Shown: positions 28,052 through 39,510, counted from the first letter of the stretch. The stretch is 64,000 nucleotides of DNA from an uncultured delta proteobacterium (GCA_963815115.1 CAWFFN010000012.1:448001-512000), one strand, 5' to 3'. Notes: generated from the letters alone by a model not told the origin. Numbers and translations: made by a program.

Positions 28052-29118
28052 GCCCCTTGCTCCTCCACCATCTGGCTGGCGAGTGCGATTGCCCGTTGCG
28101 CGTCGAGCGCGGAACCATCGGCGCCGACGTTCCGCCACAGATCGGGATCGCGGTTGAACGGATAGCCTCCCGTCAGAATCTTGACCGGGCGAGCGGCGGG
28201 ATGCCGTCGCACCGCGCGGATCAACTGCCGGACGGCCTCCACGTGGTAGGGGATCGTGGCCGAGATCGCCAGGACCTCTGCCTGGCGTTCGGCGATGATC
28301 GCGATGACGCTGGCGTGGGGCGTGTTCGCACCCAGGTAGTACGTGCTCCAGCCCTCCATCTCGAAGAAGTCGGCCACCATGCGCACGCCGATCTCGTGCA
28401 GGTCGCCGGCCACACCGGTTGCGATCAAGGTGCGCCCGTTCTTGGCCGTCGCGAAGACGTACGGGTAGAGCTGCGACATGATGAGCTGGGTGGCCGCCGT
28501 GCAGAAGTGTTCCTCCGCCACGGTGATGCGGTTGGTTTGCCACAGGCGGCCGATCTCGTACTGCGCTGGCTGGAAGACGTGCAGGTACACCTCCTTCACC
28601 GGCACGCCCCCCTCGACGGCCTCGAGCACGAGCCGGCTCGCCACGTGGCGCTCGCCCCGGCGCAACGCCGCGAAGTATTGGTGCGCCAGCGGCGAGAGCG
28701 GCTCGCCCGGGTTCAGGAACGTCGGGAGGTCGTCCGGCATCGCCGGCATCGCCTGCACGGCGGCCGTGACGAAGGCGACCGCGAGGGCGGCGGCGTCGTC
28801 GGGCAACCGCTCCCGGAGCACCTCCGCCAGGCAGCCCAGGTGAAAGGCGAGGTCGGTGGCCAGCACCTTGCGCTGGCTCAGGACCACCTTCACCCACGCG
28901 ACGTAGTCGACGAACAGCCCCTGGTTGTTCAACGCGAGCGCCTGCGCCAGGAACGAGAGATGGTAGCCGGCATCCTGGAGCGACTTGTCGCGACCGCTCG
29001 GTCCGTAGCGTTGCTCGAGCTCGGGGTGACGCGCGAACTCGCGTTCGACCAGTGCCGCCGCGATCTCGGTCCGTTGCCCGAGGAGGGCTTCGCTGGCCGA
29101 CACGTGCATGGATTCCAC
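28048..29118 (-). CDS. Cobalamin-binding domain sensor protein
   Basis: W-x9-EH (WQTNRITVAEEH), DLHEIG (D-x-H-x-x-G-like), LGANTP, ISAT, TGG; helical N-terminal domain. Confidence 0.85.
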   Translation of the reverse strand: MESMHVSASEALLGQRTEIAAALVEREFARHPELEQRYGPSGRDKSLQDAGYHLSFLAQALALNNQGLFVDYVAWVKVVLSQRKVLATDLAFHLGCLAEVLRERLPDDAAALAVAFVTAAVQAMPAMPDDLPTFLNPGEPLSPLAHQYFAALRRGERHVASRLVLEAVEGGVPVKEVYLHVFQPAQYEIGRLWQTNRITVAEEHFCTAATQLIMSQLYPYVFATAKNGRTLIATGVAGDLHEIGVRMVADFFEMEGWSTYYLGANTPHASVIAIIAERQAEVLAISATIPYHVEAVRQLIRAVRRHPAARPVKILTGGYPFNRDPDLWRNVGADGSALDAQRAIALASQMVEEQGA

Positions 29119-29125
29119 GGCGGCG

Positions 29126-29461
29126 CTACGAGCCCACGTGTTCGAAGAGTCTCAGGTAGGTCTCCCCCGACGCGAGCTTCAGGCCCTTGGGAATGCCCCG
29201 GTGCGAATCACGATAGCCGTGCCCGCGATGCCAGGTGAGGAAGCTCGTCTCGTTCGCCCAGAAGGTCAGCAGCCAGATCTCCTCCGGGCGATCGACCGGG
29301 CTGATCACCTCCATGCGACGGTACCCCGGCGCCCGGTCCACCAGATGCGGCCGGTCGCGAAACGCGGCCTTGACCTCCGCGGTCATGCCGTTGGCGATGA
29401 CGAAGCGGCTGAGAGCCACGAACCCCGGCGCGGGCTCCGTTTCCCCGTACGAGGGGCGCAC
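29126..29461 (-). CDS. ABM (IsdG/HmoA-like) monooxygenase family protein (start uncertain)
   Basis: FVALSRFVIANG..AFRDRPHLVDRAPGY..LLTFW..SF..WH..SH. Confidence 0.8.
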   Translation of the reverse strand: MRPSYGETEPAPGFVALSRFVIANGMTAEVKAAFRDRPHLVDRAPGYRRMEVISPVDRPEEIWLLTFWANETSFLTWHRGHGYRDSHRGIPKGLKLASGETYLRLFEHVGS

Positions 29462-29732
29462 GCTCTCGTGCGGCAATGCGCGTGCGTTCGAATCCACGAG
29501 GTGCTTCTCCCGGGCGAAACGCGTCTCGAGCGCGTTGCGCGGAAAATACATGTCAAACCGCGTGAGGGCCAGCGGGTGCTGGATCACAAATGTAGAGACG
29601 AATCGATGCGCGACGACGAGCACCACCCTGGCGCACGATCGACCGCGCTGCTGCGCCGCGTCCGCAGCCCTCCACTCGGAGAACGGTGTGCGCTTCGTTG
29701 ACAACCGCCCTGGGACCCGGCTCGATGCTCCG

Positions 29733-30974
29733 ATGCGCCGCGCCGGCCTCCTCGCCATCCTCCTCGCGCTCGCCGCCTGCGGCGGCCAGAGCGGACCGCC
29801 CGAGTCGCCCGCCAAGGCCTCTGCCACGCCCCCGCGGCGCGACCCGCTCGCCGGCGGACCGTACCCTGCGATCCTGGTCGCGCAGGCGCAGTTCACCGAG
29901 GGCAAAGGTCCCGACGGCAAGCCGGCCGCGATCCCGGGCGCGGCGAAGCTGCTCGTCGTCCGCAAGACGGAGAGCGGCTGGAAGCCCGCCGTGCTCGAGG
30001 ATCCGGACAGCAACGTGTTCCACAAGGCGCTGCCCTGGGACGGCGGCATCCTCACCATCGGCGGCAACCAGGCCCTGCTGCGCACCTGGCGCTTCGCCGA
30101 TGGCCACTGGGTCGCGGACACGCGCTGGAACCCGAAGTTCGGCGGCAAGTTCGATCGCCTGCGCGACGTCGAGCGCGGCGACGTCGACGGCGACGGCAAG
30201 GACGAGCTGGTGATCGCGACCCACGATCAGGGCGTGATCGCCGTGGTCCACCCCGACGACGGCTGGCGCGTCGAGGAGGTCGATCGGACCCCGGACACCT
30301 TCGTGCACGAGATCGAGATCGGCGACGTCGACGGCGACGGCGTGAAGGAGTTCTTCGCCACGCCGAGCGCGCCGAACAAGCTCGAGTCGGAGCAAGCCGG
30401 CGAGGTGCGGATGTACAAGCACACCCCGCAGGGATGGCAGAAGACCATCGTCGACGCGCCGGGCGACACGCACGCCAAGGAGATCCTCACCGCCGACGTC
30501 GACCGCGACGGCGTGGCGGAGCTGTACGTCTCGTGGGAAGGGGCGGTGGGCGCGGGCAACACCCTGGTCCGTCCGGTCACCGTCAAGCAGTATCGGTGGA
30601 GGAACGGCGCGATCGAGAGCGCCGTCGTCGCCACCGTGCCCGATCGGCTGATGCGGGCGATGGCCGCCGGCGACGTCAACGGCGACGGCTCGATCGACAT
30701 CGTCGCCGGCGCTCTGTCGTCCGGGCTGTGGCTCTTCGAGCAGGTCCCCGGCGGCTGGAAGAAGAACCTGATCGACGTCGGCTCGTCCGGCTTCGAGCAT
30801 CCGGTCCTGCTCGCCGACCTCGACGGTGACGGCGCGCTCGAGATCTACGTCGCCTCCGAGGATCAGGGAGAGCTGCGGCAGTATCGCTGGCAGGACGGCA
30901 GATGGGAGAAGACCGTCCTGATGCCGCTGCCGAAGGGCGACATCACGTGGAACCTGAGCGACGCGCGGCTCTAG
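29733..30974 (+). CDS. FG-GAP/VCBS repeat lipoprotein
   Basis: Lipobox LAACGG; five repeats of GDVDGDG/ADVDRDG/GDVNGDG/ADLDGDG type. Confidence 0.85.
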   Translation: MRRAGLLAILLALAACGGQSGPPESPAKASATPPRRDPLAGGPYPAILVAQAQFTEGKGPDGKPAAIPGAAKLLVVRKTESGWKPAVLEDPDSNVFHKALPWDGGILTIGGNQALLRTWRFADGHWVADTRWNPKFGGKFDRLRDVERGDVDGDGKDELVIATHDQGVIAVVHPDDGWRVEEVDRTPDTFVHEIEIGDVDGDGVKEFFATPSAPNKLESEQAGEVRMYKHTPQGWQKTIVDAPGDTHAKEILTADVDRDGVAELYVSWEGAVGAGNTLVRPVTVKQYRWRNGAIESAVVATVPDRLMRAMAAGDVNGDGSIDIVAGALSSGLWLFEQVPGGWKKNLIDVGSSGFEHPVLLADLDGDGALEIYVASEDQGELRQYRWQDGRWEKTVLMPLPKGDITWNLSDARL

Positions 30975-30984
30975 CGGAGGCCGC

Positions 30985-33262
30985 TCACTGGTTGCACACG
31001 AAGTCCGCCGGACAGCTGCCGGTGCACAGCGAATCGGGCTGCTTGGCCTGCGGCCACCAGTCGTCCACGCAGCAGCTCAGGCGCGCCATGGTGTCGGCGT
31101 AGATGCCGTCGGGGCGCGACAGGTCGTAGGCGACCGTACCGGTCCCCTCGCCGCCGGCGTGCAGTCCGCGCTCGTCCGGGTCGAGGAAGAGATCGGTCAT
31201 CTCGAGCGTCGGCTCGTCGACGTAGACCTTCAGCTGGCGCGCCTCGCAGAGCCGGCCGCAGGGTGCGGCGGTTCCGCCCGGTCCCGTCGGGCATGCCGGG
31301 CAGTCCTCGCGCGTGTCGCAGCGGACGCCGGGCGCGTTGCGGCACCACCTGGTCTCCTTCTCCACGCAGGCATAGTGCTTGCCGAAGAAGAGCGACGCGC
31401 ACGTACCGTCGTCGATGCAGGAAGGGGCCATGCGGCAGCGGCCGCCCAGGCAGAGCGCGCCGCCCGGGCAGCTTCCGTTCCCCGAGCACGGCGGTTCCAG
31501 GCTCGCTGCGCAGTGCCCGCCGAGGCAGCTCAGACCGGCTCCGCAGTCGGTGTCCGTGGCGCACGCCGGCGCATCCAGGTTGGTGCAGCGGCCGACGCTT
31601 CCCGGGCGGGTGAGCAGATAGCGCAGCTTCGTCGGTGCCGTCGGTCGCTTGGTGTGGTGACCGCACAGGGCGTGGCGCAGCGGGGCCGTGAAGGCGCCGT
31701 CCGGGCTCGACGTCGCGAGATAGGGCCGCAGGTCCTTCCCGTCGCACCGCGTGCCGTCGGCGCTGGCCGGGCAGGGCACGGAGCCGGGAGTCCCGAGCGC
31801 GAGGCCGAGGGCCGTCGGCAGGACGTCGGTCGAGTGCGCCAGCTCGAACCGCTCGTTGGCCGGCGGAGGCGTCTGCGTGATCCCGTCCCATCCCGGAACG
31901 GCCGGCAGGGTGCGCGGGTCGAAGACGAGCATGCGCGTACGGTAGCCGTTCTCGGTGAAGGCGTGCTTCGAGTTCGGCAGGAACCAGCCGTTGTCCGACA
32001 TGTAGATGATGGCGGTGTTGCGCGTCAGGTCGGGTGCGACCGCCGAGGCCCACGTGCCCTGGCACTGCGCCGGCGCGGTCACGCCGTAGCGGCCCTGGCC
32101 GTAGCTGTCGATGCAGTGCGGGCCGCTGGCGCGCGCCAGGTACTCGCGCACCTCGCGGACGGCGTCGTCCACCCACCAGATGTTGGAGAAGTACGCGCGC
32201 TCCGTGCCGAAGGTGTTCTCGTTGAACGCGGACACCACGGGCGCGCACGAAGCGCCGCTGCAGTACTGCCCGAGCTGGAAGAGACCGCCGAGCGCCGGGA
32301 CGCTCACGCTGCCGAAGAGGTAGTTCTCGATCGCGGGAGGAGAGCTGAGCGGCTGGTGCGGGACGCGAGGCGCGACCCAGGCGAAGAAGTGCTGCATGGT
32401 GTACGTCGCCGGGTTGCTGCCGGGCACGCGCAGGAAGAGGCCCTCGAGGAATTCGAAGAGGTCCTCCATGTTGAAGATCTTGGTCGGCGTGTAGTCGGCG
32501 GCCGCCTCCGATCCGCACTGCGGCGGGCCGCCGTTCACGCCGGGCGTGCAGTTGGTGCGGCCCAGGCGGCGCCCGCGCGCGAGCGCGTCGAAGCCGTGGT
32601 CACCGACGGAGCCGGTGAACTTGCCGCCGAGGAAGGTGCAGTAGCCGCCGATGCTGTTGCCCTGGTTGAACGGGTCGGCCGGCGACGGAGCGCCGTCTCC
32701 GAGCGCGCGCATCACCTTCGGGATGGTGGCGAAGCGGTCGCCGATGTGCGACGCCCCGCCGTAGTTGCGGGCGTAGCGGCCGGTGAGCAGCGTGTCGAGC
32801 GAGGGGAAGCACCACGAGGCGGTGTTGTGGGCGATGGGGAAGACGGTGCCGTAGCCCGCGAGCACGTCGAGGTTGGGCGTCGACGGCGGCGGAATCGGGG
32901 TACCGCTCTGGACGCTCCGGCACTCTCCCGCGGTGCCGAAGTGGCAGGAGCCCTGGTCGTCGGCGATGAAGAGGACGACGTTCGGTCGCGGCGCGATCGG
33001 CGCCGGTTCGCACGTCATGCCGTCAGCCCGAGCAGACGCCGTTCGCCGGGCAGGCGGCGCCGCCGGCGCAGGTTCCCTCGACGAGCGGACAGCAGGGACG
33101 CGTCCCCGGGCGGTGGTTCGGCGAGTAGAACACGGCCGGGGGCTCGCACTTGGAGACGCGCTTCGACCACTTGATCCTGGCGGCGCGTGCCGGCGGCGCG
33201 CCGACGAGGGAGATCATGGCGAGGAGAAGAGCGGCGCAGGCGCGAGGCACGGGGATCCGCAT
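30985..33262 (-). CDS. Secreted Cys-rich sulfatase-like protein A (1-nt frameshift near 33029)
   Basis: ORFs 33023-33322 and 30985-33018 join into one protein collinear with paralog B; PNVVLFIADDQG, CFPSL..LTGRY, SDNG. Confidence 0.8.
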
Positions 33263-33382
33263 GTGCCAGGGCCTGTACGCGAAGGCGGACATTCCGGTCA
33301 ACGAAAATCGGCCTCCGAGCACCCGCCATGCGAGAACGCATGACCCCGAGGCGCTCGCGATCGTCGCCGGCGGCGCGTGAGT

Positions 33383-34461
33383 TCAGAAGAAGCGACGGAA
33401 CGCGGAGGGCAGGCTCGCGGGCGGCGACGGAACGACGGCGGGCTCGACGCTGCTGAAGGTGTTCCAGAAGAGCAGCGGCCTGCCGCGCAGCGCGGGTGAC
33501 GCGCCGTGGTGCAGGAGCGCGGCGAGGCACTTGGCGGTGTAGGTGTGGTCGAGCGAGACGCCCTCGTGCTGCACGGCCATGCGGCCAGCCGCTTCGCCTT
33601 CGGGGGTGACGGCTCCGTAGCCCGCTCCGATGAAGCGACGCTCGATCTCGAGATCGTCGCGGGAGAGGACGATGCGGCGCGCGGCCGCGTCGAGCCTGGC
33701 GAGACACGCGCGCGCCAGCCGCAGCAGCCGTCCAGCAGTCGGCGGCATGATGTCCGTGACGAGCACTCCGACGACGCGGCTCGCGAGACCGCCGATCCGC
33801 AGCCCCGCCACCAGCCCCGCCACCGTCCCCCGCTTCCCAGCGCGACGAAGATCGCCGCGGGCTCGGGCAGGAGCCCGCCGCGCACCTGCTCGGCGAGCTC
33901 GAGGCCCGCGTTCACGTAGCCGAGCGCGCCGAGCGACGAGGTCCCGCCCGTCGGGATCAGCTCCAGCGGCTCCCCGCGCAGCCGGCCGCGAGCGAGGATG
34001 GCGAGCGCTCGGCGGGCGGCGTCGAGCACTCCGTTCGCGAGATGGAGCTCGGCGCCGCACCCGTGGAGGAGGAGCAGGCAGCGCTGGACGTGCGGCGTCA
34101 CCGGCTGGGGAACGAGGACGAGCGTCGTGTCGAGCCCAGCGGCTCGCGCGCACACCGCCGTCGCGAGTCCGTGATGGGTGCCGATCGCGCCGAAGGTGAG
34201 CACGCGCCGGCGGCCGCGTGCCCGTGCCGCCCCCAGCAGGAGCTCGAGCTTGCGCGGCTTGTTGCCGCCGTAGAGCGTGCCGCTGACGTCGTCCCGCTTG
34301 ATCCAGAGCGACGCGATGCCGCTGGCGTGCGCCAGCCGCTCCAGCGGCTCCACCGGCGTCGGCAGGGTCGTCAGCGGCACGCGGGGGAGATGCGCCGGAT
34401 CGGGTAGCCGGCGAGCCAGCGGTGCGAGCGTCGCCACCGAGTCGAGCGCGAGCGGCGGCAT
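33383..34461 (-). CDS. PLP-dependent D-cysteine desulfhydrase/ACC deaminase family enzyme (1-nt frameshift near 33829)
   Basis: LPTPVEPL, WIKRDD, GGNKPRKLE, GALGY, ALGSGG|TVAGL, LDHTYTAK; the break lies in a 5-nt G run. Confidence 0.85.
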
Positions 34462-34750
34462 CCCTTCTCCTATCACGCGCTCTCCGCCGTTCCCGGCTGC
34501 GTTGCCGGAGGCCACGACGTTCGCCGACCGAGCCGTTCGCGCGACTCCATGTGAGATCGGATCCTGCGATGCGGCGGCAGCCTGCTACCTTCGTCCGAGG
34601 TCTCCGGCAGCGATGCAACCCGCGTGCTGTCCATTCATCGCAGCACGCGGAGTCGAAGTCGCTCGCGCGCGCCAGCGCGACGGTAAATCACGTCGCGAAG
34701 CCAGAAATCGCTTGACTCAGCAGCCGGAGGGAGACTACTCGTGCCCGGCG

Positions 34751-37033
34751 GTGCGTGGGCGGTCATTAGCTCTCTTGCTACTTGGGATCGGCGCGCTCGC
34801 AGCCGCGGGAACGGCGCGCGCTGGGGTGCTGTGGAAGGGCGGGCCCCCGGGCTGCGAGCCGCTATCCACGTTCTACTCGTCGTCGCACCAGCCCGGGAGG
34901 CCGCCGTGCTGCTCGACGCAGCCCGCCATCTGCCCGGGTGGGACGGCCTGCCCGGGGACCGGCCGCTGTCCCGGGACCGGGACGCCCTGCGTGGCCTCCC
35001 AGGCGCCGACGCGCCCCAACGTCATCCTGACCATCTCCGACGACCAGGGTTCGTGCCACTACGGCACCGCGGGAGAGTGCCGGAGCGTCCAGAGCGGTAC
35101 CCCGATTCCGCCTCCCGTGACGCCCAACCTCGACCTCCTGGCGGGCTACGGGACCGTGTTCCCGATCGCCCACAACACCGCCTCGTGGTGCTTCCCCTCG
35201 CTCAACAGCATGCTCACCGGGCGCTACCAGAAGAGCTTCGCGGGCATGCGCCGTGACCTGAGCGGAAACTTCCGCACCATCCCGGCAGTCCTGCGCGACC
35301 TCGAGGGTTTGCCCGGCACGGTGCGCGATCCCTTCGACGCCGACAACGTGATCGGCGGCTATTGCACGCTGCTCGCCGGCAAGTTCACCGGCGCCGCCGG
35401 CAAGACCGAGTTCAACGGCCAGGCGCGCACCGGTGAGCGCGCGCTCGGGAGAGAGCTGTGCAGCTCGGGGTCGCCCGGCCAGCCACCGCTCTGCGGCACC
35501 CAGAACCAGGTGAGCTACAGCCCCCTGACGACGCTCCACCTGAAGGACCTGTTCGAGTTCATGGACAGCGTCTTCTACCCGGTTCCGAACGCCGTAGGCG
35601 CCTTCACCCACGCCCCGTTCTTCATCTGGTACGCGCCCCGCATCCCGCACGCGCCGCTGCGCGCCCCCGCCCAGATCGAGAGCTACCTCTTCGGAACCGG
35701 TCTCGGCGGCATGCTCCAGCTGGGCGGGATGTGCAGGGGCGGGTCGTGCGCGCCGGCGGTCCAGTCCTTCAGCGAGTCGAACTTCGGGAACGAGCGCGAC
35801 TACTACGCCAACGTCTGGTGGGTGGACGATACCCTCCGCGAGATCCGGAAGTATCTCAGTCGCAAGAGTCAGCCGCACTGCATCCTGCGCAACGGTCAGA
35901 GTCGCTTCACGGCGACGACTCCGTCGCAGTGCACCGGGACCTGGGCGACCAGCCTCGCGCCCGAGCTCGATCGCAACACGGTCATCATCTACCTCTCCGA
36001 CAACGGCTGGTTCCTGCCTGACTCGAAGCACAACTTCTCCGAGAACGGCTACCGCACGCGCTTGCTGGTCTTCGACCCGCGCACGACGGGCGCGGTCCCG
36101 GGGTATCTGGCAACGGGACCCCAGCCGCCGCCCTACGAGAGCCCCGGGCTGGCACATTCGACCGACCTGCTGCCGACGATTCTCGGCTTCGCCCTCGGCA
36201 CGCCGGGTTCGCAGGCCTGCCCGGTGAGCAGCGACCGCACGGCGTGCGACGGGCGCGATCTCCGGCCGTTCCTGCGGCCGCTCGGCGCCGTCGCGTCCCC
36301 GCTGGCGGCCGACGCGCTCTCCCAGCCGCCGCTGCGCCACGCGCTGTGCGGGCATCATACCCAGCGTGGCACGGCGCCCACCCGCCAGCGGTACCTGCTC
36401 ACGCGCCCGGGAAGCGTCGGGCGCTGTGTCGACCGCTCGCTGCCCGCTTGCTCGAGCGCGGGCGGCTGCGCCGCGGGACAGACGTGCATCGGAGGCCACT
36501 GCGCCGCGACGAGGGACGTCCTGTGCGCGACCGCGTCGCAGTGCCCGCGGGGATCGGCCTGTCTGGGCGGGCGTTGCCGCGTCGGGCCGCCCTGCGTCGA
36601 CGATCAGACCTGCGCCTCGCTCTTCCCCGGACAGGGCACCGCCTGCCTGGAGCAGACGACGAAGTGGTGTCGCAACGCTCCCAATCAGGCGTGCGAGAGC
36701 GCGGCCGACTGTCCGACCTGCCCCGCCGGGGTGGGCGCGGTTGCGGCGCCGTGCAACCGCCTGTGCGAGGCGCGGCAGCTGAAGCTCTATCTCGGCACCA
36801 ACAGCAGCGCGGCCGAGCTCGTCGATCTGTTCGTCGATCCCGACGAGCGGGGACGCCGCGGCGACGGCGACGCCGGGCTGTTCACCGACATGTCGTCCCC
36901 GAGCGGTCCGTATCGCAACGATCTCGGCCGGCTGAGCTGCTGCGTCGACGCCTGGTGGCCGGAAGGCGCCCGCGGCGGCACGCGCTGCTCGTCGGCGTAC
37001 TCGTGCCCCGCCGACTTCACCTGCAATCAGTAG
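34751..37033 (+). CDS. Secreted Cys-rich sulfatase-like protein B
   Basis: Signal peptide ending ARA; PNVILTISDDQG, CFPSLNSMLTGRY, PHAP, SDNG, K-H, DLLPTIL, DPDE. Confidence 0.85.
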   Translation: MRGRSLALLLLGIGALAAAGTARAGVLWKGGPPGCEPLSTFYSSSHQPGRPPCCSTQPAICPGGTACPGTGRCPGTGTPCVASQAPTRPNVILTISDDQGSCHYGTAGECRSVQSGTPIPPPVTPNLDLLAGYGTVFPIAHNTASWCFPSLNSMLTGRYQKSFAGMRRDLSGNFRTIPAVLRDLEGLPGTVRDPFDADNVIGGYCTLLAGKFTGAAGKTEFNGQARTGERALGRELCSSGSPGQPPLCGTQNQVSYSPLTTLHLKDLFEFMDSVFYPVPNAVGAFTHAPFFIWYAPRIPHAPLRAPAQIESYLFGTGLGGMLQLGGMCRGGSCAPAVQSFSESNFGNERDYYANVWWVDDTLREIRKYLSRKSQPHCILRNGQSRFTATTPSQCTGTWATSLAPELDRNTVIIYLSDNGWFLPDSKHNFSENGYRTRLLVFDPRTTGAVPGYLATGPQPPPYESPGLAHSTDLLPTILGFALGTPGSQACPVSSDRTACDGRDLRPFLRPLGAVASPLAADALSQPPLRHALCGHHTQRGTAPTRQRYLLTRPGSVGRCVDRSLPACSSAGGCAAGQTCIGGHCAATRDVLCATASQCPRGSACLGGRCRVGPPCVDDQTCASLFPGQGTACLEQTTKWCRNAPNQACESAADCPTCPAGVGAVAAPCNRLCEARQLKLYLGTNSSAAELVDLFVDPDERGRRGDGDAGLFTDMSSPSGPYRNDLGRLSCCVDAWWPEGARGGTRCSSAYSCPADFTCNQ

Positions 37034-37045
37034 GGCGCCACCGCG

Positions 37046-37423
37046 TCAGCCCAGCGCTCGCGCGGCGACGAATCCGAGCCAGACCGCGGCCAGTCCCACG
37101 ATCAGACTGACCAGCACGTAGACGGCCGCGAGGAGCAGACTCCCCTCCCGGATCAGGAGGAAGGTCTCGTACTCGAAGGTGGAGAACGTCGTGTACGCGC
37201 CGATGAGACCGGTGGCGACCGCGGGCCGGAGCACCTGAGGGAGGGGGAAGGTCTCCAGTGCGCCCATGAGGAAGCCGAGGAAAAGGCACCCGCTCAGGTT
37301 GACGATCAGCGTCCCGTAGGGGATCAGGACGCCCAGTCGGGCGGTGACCAGGGTCGCGATCAGCACCCGGGCGTTGGCGCCGAGGAAGCCGCCGATTCCG
37401 ACCCACAGCGTCTGCCTCAGCAT
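37046..37423 (-). CDS. crcB: Fluoride efflux channel Fluc/CrcB
   Basis: GGFLGANAR, PYGTLIVNLSG, GLIGAYTTFSTFEYE. Confidence 0.93.
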   Translation of the reverse strand: MLRQTLWVGIGGFLGANARVLIATLVTARLGVLIPYGTLIVNLSGCLFLGFLMGALETFPLPQVLRPAVATGLIGAYTTFSTFEYETFLLIREGSLLLAAVYVLVSLIVGLAAVWLGFVAARALG

Positions 37424-37471
37424 CGCTCTCTCACGTTGCGCGGTCTTCCGACGGGGGGTAGCTTCCGGTAC

Positions 37472-37919
37472 GTGCCACGTCGCCCTGCGAGCCAGCCCGG
37501 CGATCAACCGCCTGCGCGGCCGCATCCACGCCGCCGGGCTGCGCAGCACGGGGCCGCGACTGGCCGTGCTGCGGCAGCTCGAGCATGCGCGCATCCCGGT
37601 GACCCATGCCGACATCGTCAACGACCTCGCACCACGGGGATTCGACCGCGCGACGATCTATCGCAATCTGATCGACCTGACCGAGGCCGGTCTCGCATCG
37701 CGCACGGATCTGGGCGACCACGTCTGGCGGTTCGAGCTCCGGCAGCAAGTCCGTGCCGGCGACGGCGAACATCCACACTTCATGTGCACCGATTGCGGCA
37801 CCGTCGCTTGCCTGCCCGGGGTGACCATCCGCATCCGCTCGTCGCGCGGCTCACCTCGCTCGGTGCGGCAGCGGCACGTGGACATCCAGCTGAAGGGTCG
37901 CTGCGACCGCTGCGCCTGA
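37472..37919 (+). CDS. Fur family transcriptional regulator (start uncertain; possible frameshift near 37497)
   Basis: GLRSTGPRLAVL, DRATIYRNL, HPHFMCTDCG, GRCDRC. No nearby in-frame start; GTG 37472 is one base out of frame. Confidence 0.8.
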
Positions 37920-38026
37920 GCGCTGCCCCATGGGCGTCCCGCGGCATCGGCCATCGCCTACGGGAAGTCCGCTACGCGTGCAAGGTGCGGCGGATCACCG
38001 GGGGCCCGGGGATAGATGAGGGACAG

Positions 38027-39510
38027 ATGAAGCTCGCCCACAAGCTCACCATCGCGCTCGTGCTCGGCATCACGCTGGTGATGGCGGGAAATGCCGTCTT
38101 TCAGGTCCGGCGTGAGGCCGAGCTGTTCGACGCCGACTCGTCGCACGATCAGCACACCGTCGGCCGCGTGCTACGCGCCTCCATCGAGGCGGTGTGGAGC
38201 GCCGACGGGGAGGCCGCGGCGCGCCGGCTCATCTCCGATGCCAACGAGAGCAACACCGATCTGACGCTGCGCTGGGTGTCGCTGTCGCCCGGTCAGGCAT
38301 CGGCCGACGCGCCCGAGGTCCCGATCGACCGACTGTCGGCGGTGGTGGCCGGACACGAGACCGTGGTCCGGGGCAGGCTGCCGTCGGGAGACGACCGCCG
38401 CATCACGTACATCCCCATCTCGGTGGACGGCAGGCAGCGCGGGGCGCTCGAGGTGTCGGAATCGCTCTCGCCGGAGCGTCACTTCATGCGCGCCACGGAG
38501 CTCCAGGTCGTCGCCACGACGGGTCTGATGATCGTCCTGTGCGCCGGGATCGCGCTCGGTCTCGGCTTCTGGTTCGTCGGCCGCCCGATGCAGGCGCTCT
38601 GTGACAAGGCGCGCCGCGTCGGTGGCGGGGATCTCTCGGGGCCGCTCGTGGTACGGCAGCGGGACGAGATCGGGGAGCTCGCGCGGGAGCTCAACTCGAT
38701 GTGCGCGCGGCTGGCCGAGACACTCGAGCAGCTCGCCGCGGCCAGCGAGGCGCGCATCGCGGCGCTGGAGCAGCTTCGGCACGCCGACCGTCTGAAGACC
38801 GTGGGACATCTCGCCTCGGGCGTGGCACACGAGCTCGGCACGCCGCTCAACGTCGTCTCGGGGCGCGCGAAGATGATCGCCCAGGGCCTGGTGAGCGGCG
38901 ACGACGTCGCGGAGAACGCCCGCATCATCTCCGAGCAGGCGGCGCGCATCGCTGCCATCATCCGCCAGCTGCTCGACTTCTCCCGCCGTCGCGGCCCACG
39001 CCTGGGTCCCGGAGACCTTCGGGCCATCGCGGTGCGCACGGTCGAGCTGCTGGCCACGCTCGCCCGCAAGCGCTCCGTGACCCTCCACGTCGAGGCGGCC
39101 GAGAACGCCGTGACGGCGCACATCGACGAGGCACAGGTCCAGCAGGTGCTGGCGAACCTCGTCGTCAACGGCCTGCAGGCCATGCCGCACGGCGGCCGCT
39201 TGCTGGTGCGTCTGGGCCACCAGCGCCTCACGCCGCCCCCGGACGTCGGCGGCCCGGCGGCCGACTACGTCGCCGTTACCGTCCAGGACGAGGGAACCGG
39301 CATCGGCGCCGACATCCTGCCGCGCATCTTCGAGCCGTTCTTCACCACCAAGGAGGTGGGTGAGGGCACCGGCCTCGGACTCTCGGTGGCCTACGGCATC
39401 GTCCGGGAGCACGGCGGCTGGATCGACGTGGAGAGCACTCCTGGGGAGGGAAGCCGCTTCACCATCTTCCTGCGCCCGGCCCCCGAGGAGACGCTGCGCG
39501 AGGCACACGG

